A stretch of DNA of 64,000 bases, taken from positions 84,788-148,787 of the forward strand of contig QZKA01000027.1 of assembly GCA_003598135.1 (NCBI GenBank). The letters run 5' to 3'. Position 1 is the stretch's first letter; each line of letters starts with the position of its first letter. The DNA is from Candidatus Omnitrophota bacterium (GTDB lineage Bacteria; Omnitrophota; Gorgyraeia; Gygaellales; Profunditerraquicolaceae). The notes under the pieces are model-generated. The model saw only the letters and a program-made list of their open reading frames with translations. It was not told the origin of the DNA and did not search any database. A program made the translations under genes and the position numbers. Positions 29,200 through 38,564 of the stretch are shown here, in pieces.

Positions 29200-30144
29200 A
29201 TGGACATAGTCTTCTTCGGTAGTTCACAATTCGCCGTCCCTTCGCTAAAGGCGCTGCTTGCCTCAACACATTCCCTAAGGTGTGTTGTTACCCAGCCTGA
29301 TAGGAGAAAAGGGAGGCATTTGTTTTGTTCTCCTACAATTGTCAAATCCACTGCCGTTGCCCATAACATAAAAGTCTTTCAACCGGACCAGGTCAATTCA
29401 GGAGCCTCGGTCAATTTTCTGAAGGACCTACACGCAGGCCTGTTTGTTGTCGTATCTTACGGCAACCTCTTGAGCGAAGACATACTGGCGATACCCGTAC
29501 ATGCTGCCATTAATATACACGCCTCATTGCTTCCGGCTTACAGGGGCGCAGCTCCTATAAACTGGGCCCTGATACGCGGAGAGAATGTTACCGGCATTAC
29601 GATATTTAAATTAGCGAAAGAAATGGACGCAGGCCCCATACTGGCCAAGCGAGAAGTGGCTATTGATGCGGATGATGATGCCTCAATCTTGGAAAATAGA
29701 TTAGCTGATGCTTCCGCGCCATTTCTTTTGTCTGCCCTCGATTCGATTGAAAGTGGTAAAGCAGCTTTCTTTCCCCAGGACGCACGAATGGTGACGCTTG
29801 CTCCAAAACTAAAAAAAATTGACGGCTTGATCGAATGGCAAAAACCTGCTGAACAGATCCACAATCTCGTTAGGGGGTGTATCCCCTGGCCGAGCGCTTT
29901 TACGTATTATAAAGGAAAGCTTCTAAAATTATATAAGACTGCCGTGCTGCCCTTTACCGCTTCACACGCAAAGGCCCTGCCAGGCGAGGTCGTCGCCGCT
30001 TCTAAGGCAGGGATTGAGATTGCCTGTGGTTCAGGCGCTATTATGATTCTTGAATTGCAGATTGAAGGAAAGCGTAGAATGACAGCCGAAGAGTTTATTA
30101 TCGGCCATAAGGTTTGTATCGGAGAAACGTTTTACAAAAAATAG
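29200..30144 (+). CDS. fmt: Methionyl-tRNA formyltransferase
   Basis: MDIVFFGSSQFAVPSLKAL...VVTQPDRRKG...HASLLPAYRGAAPINWA signature. Confidence 0.9.
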   Translation: MDIVFFGSSQFAVPSLKALLASTHSLRCVVTQPDRRKGRHLFCSPTIVKSTAVAHNIKVFQPDQVNSGASVNFLKDLHAGLFVVVSYGNLLSEDILAIPVHAAINIHASLLPAYRGAAPINWALIRGENVTGITIFKLAKEMDAGPILAKREVAIDADDDASILENRLADASAPFLLSALDSIESGKAAFFPQDARMVTLAPKLKKIDGLIEWQKPAEQIHNLVRGCIPWPSAFTYYKGKLLKLYKTAVLPFTASHAKALPGEVVAASKAGIEIACGSGAIMILELQIEGKRRMTAEEFIIGHKVCIGETFYKK

Positions 30145-30214
30145 TTGCGACATTGTTTAGATGTGGTATAATCTTGCTGTTTGTTTCTCGTAAGACTTAC
30201 TACGGATATCGCTC

Positions 30215-31243
30215 ATGCCTGAATTAAGAAAAGATCCTATTATCGGACGTTGGGTAATAATTGCTACGGAAAGGGCCAAACGGCCTGACCAGTTCCAAAA
30301 CCTTTCTCACGATGCTCCTCAGGAAAAACCCTGCCCTTTTTGCGAAGGCAAAGAATCAGAGACCCCTCCGGAGATATATGCCGTAAGAACAAGAGATGGC
30401 AGGCCTAACGGCCCGGGTTGGGAAGTAAGGGTCGTTCCCAGTATCACTCCTTTCTTGCGGATCGAAGGCGACCTTGATCGGACCGGCCGCGGCCTCTATG
30501 ATATGATGAACGGCCTCGGTGCCCACGAAATCATTATTGAAACTAATAAGCACATACCGAATATCGCCGATCTGGAAAACGAACAGATTGCCAGAGTAAT
30601 TACCTGCTATATTAACAGGCTGTTGGACCTTGAAAAAGATACAAGGTTTAAATACGTACTGGTATTTAAAAACCACGGCTGGATTGCTGGCGGAGGAAGG
30701 GTAAAGCATTCAAGATCTCAGTTGATCGCCACTCCCGTTAATCCTAAAAGGGTCAAAGAAGAGCTGGTAGGCGCTCGCCACTACCACGAGCTTCACGAGC
30801 GCTGCATCTTTTGTGATTTAATACAGCAGGAGATAGCGCAAGAGGAAAGGATAATACTTGATATAGATGGATTTCTGGCGGTGGTGCCATTTGCTTCGCG
30901 TTTTCCTTTTGAAGTCTGGATCCTGCCTAAAAAACATAATTGCGATTTTACGTCACTCCTTGAGCCTGAGCGGCGGGAACTGGCTAAGATACTTAAGAGT
31001 GTTTTGCTGAAACTGAAAATCGGCCTGAATGACCCGCCGTATAATTATATCATTCATACGGCTCCTTTCAAAAGGCCGAAGTCAGGATATTGGAAGACGG
31101 TGGATGAAGATTTTCATTGGCACATCGAAATAACGCCGCGTTTGACGCGCGTGGCAGGTTTTGAGTGGGGGACGGGTTTTTATATTTGCCCGCTTCCGCC
31201 GGAACACGCTGCAAAGTTTTTAAGAGAAGTCAAAATCGACTGA
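30215..31243 (+). CDS. Galactose-1-phosphate uridylyltransferase-family (HIT branch III) protein, paralog 1, with the catalytic His substituted (HSRSQ)
   Basis: RKDPIIGRWVIIATERAKRP N-terminus and CPFC zinc site as in GalT, but the HPH(G/T)Q nucleophile motif reads KHSRSQ. The C-terminal FHWHIEITPRLTRVAGFEWGTGFY is conserved. Confidence 0.8.
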   Translation: MPELRKDPIIGRWVIIATERAKRPDQFQNLSHDAPQEKPCPFCEGKESETPPEIYAVRTRDGRPNGPGWEVRVVPSITPFLRIEGDLDRTGRGLYDMMNGLGAHEIIIETNKHIPNIADLENEQIARVITCYINRLLDLEKDTRFKYVLVFKNHGWIAGGGRVKHSRSQLIATPVNPKRVKEELVGARHYHELHERCIFCDLIQQEIAQEERIILDIDGFLAVVPFASRFPFEVWILPKKHNCDFTSLLEPERRELAKILKSVLLKLKIGLNDPPYNYIIHTAPFKRPKSGYWKTVDEDFHWHIEITPRLTRVAGFEWGTGFYICPLPPEHAAKFLREVKID

Positions 31244-31247
31244 CCAT

Positions 31248-32252
31248 ATGTCTGAATTGAGAAGAGATCCTTTGGTAGGCAGGTGGGTTATCGTTAGCAC
31301 GGATAACCCTACGTTGCCTCAGGGTTACGAATACGAGCCGCATACCTGGAAAGGGGGCACGTGTCCTTTCTGTTACGGCAACGAATCAATGACGCCTCCT
31401 GAAATCGCGGTGATCAGAGAGCCGGGTACCGGTGCGAATACTTCTGGATGGCACGTCAGGACCGTTGCGAATAAGTATCCTGCGCTACAGATTGAAGGTG
31501 ATTTGAACCGGACCGGGGTAGGTATTTATGATATGTCCAATGGCATCGGCGCCCACGAGGTAATCATTGAGTCGCCCTATCATAATAAAGACCTTTGTGA
31601 CCTTCTGAATCCCGAAATAGAAAATGTAGTATCGATGTATTGCCAGCGTGCCCTCGACTTGATCAAAGATAGAAGGTTTAAGTGCATCCTGGTATTCAGA
31701 AATTTCGGGCCGGCTGCAGGCGCCTCATTGGAGCATCCTCATACCCAGATAGTAGCGCTGCCGATGGTACCCAAGAACGTAAAAGAAGAATTGGTAGGGG
31801 CGCATAATTATTTTGACTATCGCGAACGTTGTATTTTCTGCGATCTCCTCAGGCAGGAATCGCAGGAGAAGGAAAGGATTGTGGTCGAAAACAAGTACTT
31901 TTCCGCATTCTGCCCGTTTGTTTCGCGTTTTCCTTTTGAAATCTGGATCCTGCCTAAAAAACACAATTGTTATTTCTGCCATATGACTCAGGATGAGATA
32001 CCCGCCCTGGCAGCCGTATTAAAAGAGGTTTTGATGAAACTTAAAACCGTATTTCCGAATCTTTCCTATAATATGATTATTCATTCTTCGCCGATCAATG
32101 GCGAGGACAATGTAGATAGCTATCATTGGCATATCGAGATTATGCCCAAATTGACGCGTGTGGCAGGTTTTGAGTGGGGCACAGGTTTTTATGTGGTGCT
32201 TACCCCGCCGGAAATAGCCGCAAAATACTTAAAAGAAGCGAAAATCAGCTAA
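31248..32252 (+). CDS. galT: Galactose-1-phosphate uridylyltransferase-family protein, paralog 2 (canonical active site)
   Basis: CPFC zinc site, canonical EHPHTQI nucleophile motif, YHWHIEIMPKLTRVAGFEWGTGFY. Aligns without gaps to remembered E. coli GalT across the active site. Confidence 0.8.
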   Translation: MSELRRDPLVGRWVIVSTDNPTLPQGYEYEPHTWKGGTCPFCYGNESMTPPEIAVIREPGTGANTSGWHVRTVANKYPALQIEGDLNRTGVGIYDMSNGIGAHEVIIESPYHNKDLCDLLNPEIENVVSMYCQRALDLIKDRRFKCILVFRNFGPAAGASLEHPHTQIVALPMVPKNVKEELVGAHNYFDYRERCIFCDLLRQESQEKERIVVENKYFSAFCPFVSRFPFEIWILPKKHNCYFCHMTQDEIPALAAVLKEVLMKLKTVFPNLSYNMIIHSSPINGEDNVDSYHWHIEIMPKLTRVAGFEWGTGFYVVLTPPEIAAKYLKEAKIS

Positions 32253-32310
32253 TCAAAACGCAATTCAAACATTGCGCTAATCCGTTGCACATCATTAGAA
32301 GGAGGTATGA

Positions 32311-33336
<1,026 letters not shown>

Positions 33337-33360
33337 CGTAACGCAGGACCGATTCACTTT

Positions 33361-33396
33361 AAAAAGGGGCGGAAATGATACTCCGCCCCTTTTTAC
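33361..33396 (+). terminator. Rho-independent terminator after gap
   Basis: aaaaAGGGGCGGAaatgatacTCCGCCCCTtttt: a 9-bp GC-rich stem flanked by an A-tract and a T-tract. Confidence 0.6.
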
Positions 33397-33404
33397 TTGA
33401 CACT

Positions 33405-35669
33405 ATGTGGATTATTTCATTAGTGATTATTGGAGTAAGCGGGGTAAGCGCGCAGGTCCTGTTGTTGCGGGAATTGCTGGTGAGTTTTTTCGGGAACGAG
33501 CTTACTCTCGGAATGATTCTTGCGAACTGGATGGTAGTAGAGGCGGCTGGAGCCTTGGTAATCGGCAGGATTATTGAACGTTCGAAGAATCCTTACGGGG
33601 TATTTATTATCCTTGAAATTGTTTTTTCTATCGGGTTTTTGTGCGCGCTCTATTGTGCGAGGGTGTTTAAAGTCTTTATGCACTTTCCGGCCGGGCAAGG
33701 ATTAGGGTTAATTTCTATTTTTTGGGCAGCCTTCTTAATACAACTGCCGGTCAGCTTCTCTCACGGCGCCCTTTTTAGCGCTGCGTGTAAAATACACTCC
33801 CTGCGGGTTAGAGATGCGGCCAGGGGAATAGGAAGCGTATATACATGGGAGACGATTGGCACGGCATTGGGGGGCCTTTTGGTCACTTATGTATTTGTGC
33901 CCCGGCTTAGTTCTTTTGCTATTGCCGGATGGATAGTGCTGGCAAACTTTTTTATTTCCCTAGTTCTATTGCGGCATATAGGATTAGGCCGTTTGCGCAT
34001 CGCGGCTTTTTTTGGAGTTTTGGCATTATCCTGCGCATGTATCGTATCGCAAGGTTTTCTGCAGAAGTCTTCGATACAGGTACAATGGAGGGGTGATGAA
34101 GTAGTAGTGTACCGTAATTCTATCTATGGCAATATCGTGATTACGGAGAGAGACTACCAAAAGACGCTTTTTTATAACGGAATCCCTGTGATTGCCATGC
34201 CGTATCCTGACGTTGCGTTCGTTGAGGAATTCGCAAACCTTCCTTTGCTGCTTCACGGGCACGCGAGAAAGGTACTTGTCATCGGAGGGGGGAGCGGCGG
34301 GCTTTTGCATGAAATCCTGAAATATCCTATCCTAAGGCTCGATTACGCAGAGGTTGACCCCGAGATCATTACGCTTTTAAAACGATATGCGTCTGATTTG
34401 GTTAGGGGTGAGTTTTCCGACCCAAGAGTAAAGGTTATCAACAAAGACGGAAAGTCGCTTTTGCTGAGTGGCCTTGACCGTTATGATGTGGTAATTGTCG
34501 CGGCTCCCGAGCCCTCTGACTTAACGACAAACAGATATTTTAGTGAAGAGTTCTTTATTTTGGCGAAAAAGAAACTTAATCCTTCAGGACTCCTGGCATT
34601 GAGGCTCCCTGGTTCGGGAACATACCTGGATAGAAGCCTAAGGGATCTTAATGCCTGCGTGCGTAACGGCCTTCTAAAGATATTCCGCTATACGAAGGTT
34701 GTACCAGGAGAATCCAATTTCTACTTTTCTTCGGATTCGCCCAAGCTGGCAGAAACGAGCTCTGATGATATATGGAAAACGATACAGCTGCATAAGATCA
34801 CTACCAATACCCTGACACAGCCGTTTCTTAAGTATAGACTAGACAAGCAATGGGTAGAATGGTTTGATCAGTCAATGCAGGGAGCAACAACAAAGGTCAA
34901 CAGCGACTTTATGCCTATTGCCGTTTTGTATGCCCTTATTCGTTGGAATAAACAATTTTCTCAAAACGGCCTGAAGCTGTTTGAAGAGATTGGAAATTTT
35001 GACATAGTATTCGCCGGGGTAGCTATCCTGTGCATTGTTTTTGTTTTTTCAATCCTATTCATTCGCAGGAAGGCAAGACCGATGCCGCTTGCAGTAGCTT
35101 ATGGTATTGCTACTACAGGCTTTTTTAGCATGCTCTTCAACCTTATACTCATATTCTGCTTTCAGGCATTTTTTGGTTATCTTTACCGATTGATAGGCTT
35201 GTTAATCGCGCTTTTCATGGGGGGCATTGCGTTTGGCAGTTTTTTAACGAGCAAGAAAAAAATTCTTGGTACAGATAGCCTTCGGGCATTTCTGTCTGTA
35301 GAAATTGCCATACTTTTATTTTCTTTAATCATGGGTGTCGCGTTGAGAGTTTTTGTCGGGAACGCCTCAATCGCAGCAGCTATTTTTATTGTAAGTTTTT
35401 TCCTTACCGGTCTTCTCACTGGTTGCCAGTTCCCGCTGGCAAGCGCGTTATGTGTAGGTAATAATGCTACAGCCGGCTCTATTGCAGGTTTCGTGTATTT
35501 CTTTGACCTTATAGGAGGCTGGTTTGCGGGAATTTTAGGAGGCGTTGTTTTATTGCCGTTGTTAGGGGTATTTAATTCCTGTATAGCTATAGTTATCCTT
35601 AAGGCAGGCAGCCTTATCCTGTTTGCGATTTCTGGGAGCGCGTGCGCAAAGAAGAAACCGTTTTCATGA
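33405..35669 (+). CDS. Membrane-embedded spermidine/spermine synthase-family protein (N- and C-terminal multi-TM domains flanking an aminopropyltransferase-like AdoMet-binding core)
   Basis: Central LLHGHARKVLVIGGGSGGLLHEILKY matches the spermidine synthase GGGDGG motif. About 7 TM helices before and about 6 after. The start is placed at the ATG at 33405 because the ATG at 33375 lies in the terminator loop. Confidence 0.7.
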   Translation: MWIISLVIIGVSGVSAQVLLLRELLVSFFGNELTLGMILANWMVVEAAGALVIGRIIERSKNPYGVFIILEIVFSIGFLCALYCARVFKVFMHFPAGQGLGLISIFWAAFLIQLPVSFSHGALFSAACKIHSLRVRDAARGIGSVYTWETIGTALGGLLVTYVFVPRLSSFAIAGWIVLANFFISLVLLRHIGLGRLRIAAFFGVLALSCACIVSQGFLQKSSIQVQWRGDEVVVYRNSIYGNIVITERDYQKTLFYNGIPVIAMPYPDVAFVEEFANLPLLLHGHARKVLVIGGGSGGLLHEILKYPILRLDYAEVDPEIITLLKRYASDLVRGEFSDPRVKVINKDGKSLLLSGLDRYDVVIVAAPEPSDLTTNRYFSEEFFILAKKKLNPSGLLALRLPGSGTYLDRSLRDLNACVRNGLLKIFRYTKVVPGESNFYFSSDSPKLAETSSDDIWKTIQLHKITTNTLTQPFLKYRLDKQWVEWFDQSMQGATTKVNSDFMPIAVLYALIRWNKQFSQNGLKLFEEIGNFDIVFAGVAILCIVFVFSILFIRRKARPMPLAVAYGIATTGFFSMLFNLILIFCFQAFFGYLYRLIGLLIALFMGGIAFGSFLTSKKKILGTDSLRAFLSVEIAILLFSLIMGVALRVFVGNASIAAAIFIVSFFLTGLLTGCQFPLASALCVGNNATAGSIAGFVYFFDLIGGWFAGILGGVVLLPLLGVFNSCIAIVILKAGSLILFAISGSACAKKKPFS

Positions 35670-35735
35670 AATAGCCTTAAGGTACTGGAAAATTTACAAA
35701 TAAAGAGTATATTTTAATTGAGTACAGGAAGCAAA

Positions 35736-35891
35736 ATGGGAAATAGAAGCAGCAGCTTTACCGTGCTAGAAAGAGGAAGGCTTATGCATAACGTGCTCAA
35801 AAGGGTTTTTAGCTATTTGCTGGTCCTTTCGTTGATCGGCCTTATTACCGCAATTACTGAGGCAGCGGATAAGATAGGGCTGGTACCTTAA
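35736..35891 (+). CDS. Possible small hydrophobic peptide gene (51 aa; MGNRSSSFTVLERGRLMHNVLKRVFSYLLVLSLIGLITAITEAADKIGLVP)
   Basis: An ORF of 35-51 aa with one TM helix, immediately followed by a strong intrinsic terminator. Not in the ORF track because it is under 60 aa. Start codon uncertain (ATG at 35736 or 35784). Confidence 0.3.
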   Translation: MGNRSSSFTVLERGRLMHNVLKRVFSYLLVLSLIGLITAITEAADKIGLVP

Positions 35892-35919
35892 GGTTTTTTA
35901 GTTTTTACAGTCAGTTAAT

Positions 35920-35954
35920 ACGGCAGGATGCTGAGTTCCTGCCGTTTTTATTTT
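35920..35954 (+). terminator. Rho-independent terminator
   Basis: ACGGCAGGAtgctgagtTCCTGCCGT followed by TTTTTATTTT. Confidence 0.65.
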
Positions 35955-35976
35955 CCGCACTATACACCGCAGCAAG

Positions 35977-36056
35977 AGGTCGAGGCTAAGGTTGAGGTTA
36001 AGCAAGGCTTAGGTTAAGAAGTTAAAGGCAGGCAGGAATTTTGTGCATTTGTCATT
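35977..36056. repeat. Intergenic repeat, partial/inverted copy: a (Y)TTAAGG hexamer array followed by ggcaggcaggaattttgtgcatttgtcatt, the reverse complement of the head motif seen in the other two copies
   Basis: Array gaggctaaggttgaggttaagcaaggcttaggttaagaag resembles 56925-56975. The adjacent 30-mer is ~28/30 identical to the reverse complement of 56981-57012. Confidence 0.6.
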
Positions 36057-36100
36057 AACGTACCACCCCCACACAATACTCTATACTCAATACGAAAAGA

Positions 36101-36129
36101 TTGACAATTTTGCCAAAATACTATATAGT
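36101..36129 (+). promoter_or_regulatory. Sigma70-like promoter for pgk-tpiA-secG
   Basis: TTGACA (36101-36106), 17-nt spacer, TATAGT (36124-36129), about 45 nt upstream of the pgk ATG. Confidence 0.5.
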
Positions 36130-36173
36130 AAAATCTCTGTTATTCTTGATCGGACTTTGAATGGAGGCATGCA

Positions 36174-37355
36174 ATGAACAAGATGACCGTAAAAGATGTT
36201 GATTTGAAAGATAGGATAGTTCTTATGCGCGCAGATTTTAACGTGCCGCTTGATTCCAGTCTTGCCATTACCGATGACACCCGTATACGCGAGACATTAC
36301 CGACAATCAAATATATTCTTCAAAAAGGCTGTAAAAAACTCATTCTGATGAGCCATCTTGGCAGGCCCGATGGAAAGAGGGTGGATAAGTATAGCCTTAA
36401 GCCTGTTTCTGCCCAGTTACAGGTTTTATTGGGAGAGCCGGTAAAGTTCCTTGACGATTGCGTGGGCGAAGATATAAAGAAGGAAGCCCTGTCCGCACGT
36501 GAAAAGGTGGTATTGCTTGAGAATCTGCGTTTTCACGCAGAAGAAGAGCTTAATCAGGACGTATTTGCGGCTAAATTAGCTTCTTTGGGAGAGTTATTCG
36601 TGAATGATGCGTTTGGGACTGCACACCGCGCCCATGCTTCTACTGTAGGGGTGACCAAATACCTGAAATCAGTCGCAGGTTTTCTTTTAGAAAAAGAGAT
36701 CCAGTATTTAGGCAATGTGGTGCAGAGTCCTGCCCGGCCCTTTGTGGTCATCTTAGGAGGTGCCAAGGTTTCTGATAAGATAGGGGTTATTGAAAATCTG
36801 CTGCCTAAGTGCGATGCTATTTTAATAGGCGGCGGGATGGCTTATACTTTTTTGAAAGCTAAAGGGGTTGCTATTGGTAATTCAAAACTAGACAAGGATA
36901 AGCTTGAGCTGGCGAAAAATCTCCTTGAAAAGGCCCAGGCCCTGAGGAAGGTGATCGTACTTCCGCTAGACCATGTAGTGGTCGATGCAGTGGATCCCGC
37001 AGCGAAAATTTTATTTTCGGGTGAAAGTATTCCTGATGGCAAAATTGCAGTGGATATTGGCCCTAAAACAATAGCTTTATTTAAAGAGAAACTTTCTGTG
37101 TCAAAGACTATTGTCTGGAATGGTCCGCTTGGGATATTCGAAATGGCGCCCTTTAGCAAGGGTACCGAGGAGGTCATGCACTATATTACTGCGCTTAAAG
37201 CAACGAGTATTATAGGAGGAGGGGATACTGCCGCAGCAGTCGCGCAATTTAAGCTTGTGGATAAAATGACCCATATTTCAACAGGCGGGGGCGCTAGCCT
37301 TGAGTTTCTGGAAGGTAAGGTATTGCCGGGTATAGCTGCGCTTTCCGATAAATAG
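36174..37355 (+). CDS. pgk: Phosphoglycerate kinase
   Basis: RADFNVPLD, hinge and C-terminal nucleotide-binding motifs. 393 aa. Confidence 0.95.
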   Translation: MNKMTVKDVDLKDRIVLMRADFNVPLDSSLAITDDTRIRETLPTIKYILQKGCKKLILMSHLGRPDGKRVDKYSLKPVSAQLQVLLGEPVKFLDDCVGEDIKKEALSAREKVVLLENLRFHAEEELNQDVFAAKLASLGELFVNDAFGTAHRAHASTVGVTKYLKSVAGFLLEKEIQYLGNVVQSPARPFVVILGGAKVSDKIGVIENLLPKCDAILIGGGMAYTFLKAKGVAIGNSKLDKDKLELAKNLLEKAQALRKVIVLPLDHVVVDAVDPAAKILFSGESIPDGKIAVDIGPKTIALFKEKLSVSKTIVWNGPLGIFEMAPFSKGTEEVMHYITALKATSIIGGGDTAAAVAQFKLVDKMTHISTGGGASLEFLEGKVLPGIAALSDK

Positions 37356-37356
37356 C

Positions 37357-38130
37357 ATGAGAAAAACAATTATTGCCGGTAACTGGAAGATGTATAAAAC
37401 CATTGCCGAATCAATCGAGCTGGTAAATGGTTTAAAAAGGGAGTTATTTGCCATAGACAGCCAGCTGGTAGATATTGTTATTTGCCCTCCGTTTTCGGCG
37501 TTAAGCGAAGTCGTAGAGCTACTTATTGATTCCGATATTAAGATGGGCGCCCAGGATATGTTTTGGCAGGAAGAAGGTGCTTTTACCGGAGAAGTCTCTC
37601 CGAGCATGCTTAAGGATGTAGGGTGCCAGTTTGTGATAATCGGGCATTCCGAACGAAGGCAATATTTTAACGAGACAAACGAATCGGTCAACAAGAAGAT
37701 CAAAGCGGCACTTATGTACGGATTAAGCCCGATTATGTGTGTCGGGGAAACACTCAATGAGCGCGATGCCGGCAAGACCTTTGTAGTGCTTAAGGACCAT
37801 GTGCATAACGGGTTGGTTGGAATTGACGCAGAATCTGCTCAAAAAATAATTATTGCTTATGAGCCGGTGTGGGCGATTGGAACTGGTAAGACTGCTACTC
37901 CTGCACAGGCGCAAGAAGCTCAAAAATTTATTCGCGAATTGCTTAAAAAGCTGTATAATACTTCTGTCGCCGAAAATATAAGGATTCAGTATGGCGGAAG
38001 TGTGAAGCCTGAAAATGCAGCTGAATTAATGGCACAGCCTGATATTGACGGTGCCCTTGTAGGCGGAGCAAGCCTTAAAAGTGATACGTTCTCGGCAATA
38101 ATCAAAAACGCAAGCGGGGTGAAGAAATAA
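37357..38130 (+). CDS. tpiA: Triosephosphate isomerase
   Basis: IAGNWKM, active-site His (GHSERR), and [11 protein letters not shown]. Confidence 0.95.
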   Translation: MRKTIIAGNWKMYKTIAESIELVNGLKRELFAIDSQLVDIVICPPFSALSEVVELLIDSDIKMGAQDMFWQEEGAFTGEVSPSMLKDVGCQFVIIGHSERRQYFNETNESVNKKIKAALMYGLSPIMCVGETLNERDAGKTFVVLKDHVHNGLVGIDAESAQKIIIAYEPVWAIGTGKTATPAQAQEAQKFIRELLKKLYNTSVAENIRIQYGGSVKPENAAELMAQPDIDGALVGGASLKSDTFSAIIKNASGVKK

Positions 38131-38555
38131 TGAGTATCGTGATCGCAATACATGTGGTAGTTTGTATAGGATTGATCATCGTAGTTTTAATTCAATCAGG
38201 CAGAGGAGGAGGGCTTGTTGAAAGCTTCTCGGGCATAGAGTCTGTTTTCGGGACTAAAACCAACGCATTTCTTACGCGGACTACCGGCATATTGGCTACG
38301 CTTTTTATTCTCACGTGTTTGACCTTGGCGTTTTTATCTCTTAAACAGAGCAGGTCTCTTATGGGCAGAGTTGCTGCAGAATCACGCCATGCACAGGTAG
38401 CAGTTCCTACAAATACGAGTGCACCTGCGGCTGAGGCTAATGCGTTAGTTAACGAAAAAACAAGGCCTGACGCCGGTTCGCAGGTAACGCAGGAAAATAC
38501 AGCTCGCACACACACAACATCTTCCCAAGAACAGGAACCTATTCAAAAAGAATAA
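38130..38555 (+). CDS. secG: Preprotein translocase subunit SecG (with an extended low-complexity C-terminal tail)
   Basis: Position after tpiA. N-terminal TM helix plus LIQSGRGGGL motif and a second TM helix. About 60 extra C-terminal residues rich in T/S/A/Q/E. Confidence 0.8.
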   Translation: MSIVIAIHVVVCIGLIIVVLIQSGRGGGLVESFSGIESVFGTKTNAFLTRTTGILATLFILTCLTLAFLSLKQSRSLMGRVAAESRHAQVAVPTNTSAPAAEANALVNEKTRPDAGSQVTQENTARTHTTSSQEQEPIQKE

Positions 38556-38564
38556 CAGGGTTGT

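Noticed and set aside
33375-33404. Upstream ATG at 33375 for the membrane spermidine-synthase-like gene
   Set aside because: That ATG sits in the loop of the gap terminator hairpin (33361-33396). The ATG at 33405 begins the first TM helix cleanly.
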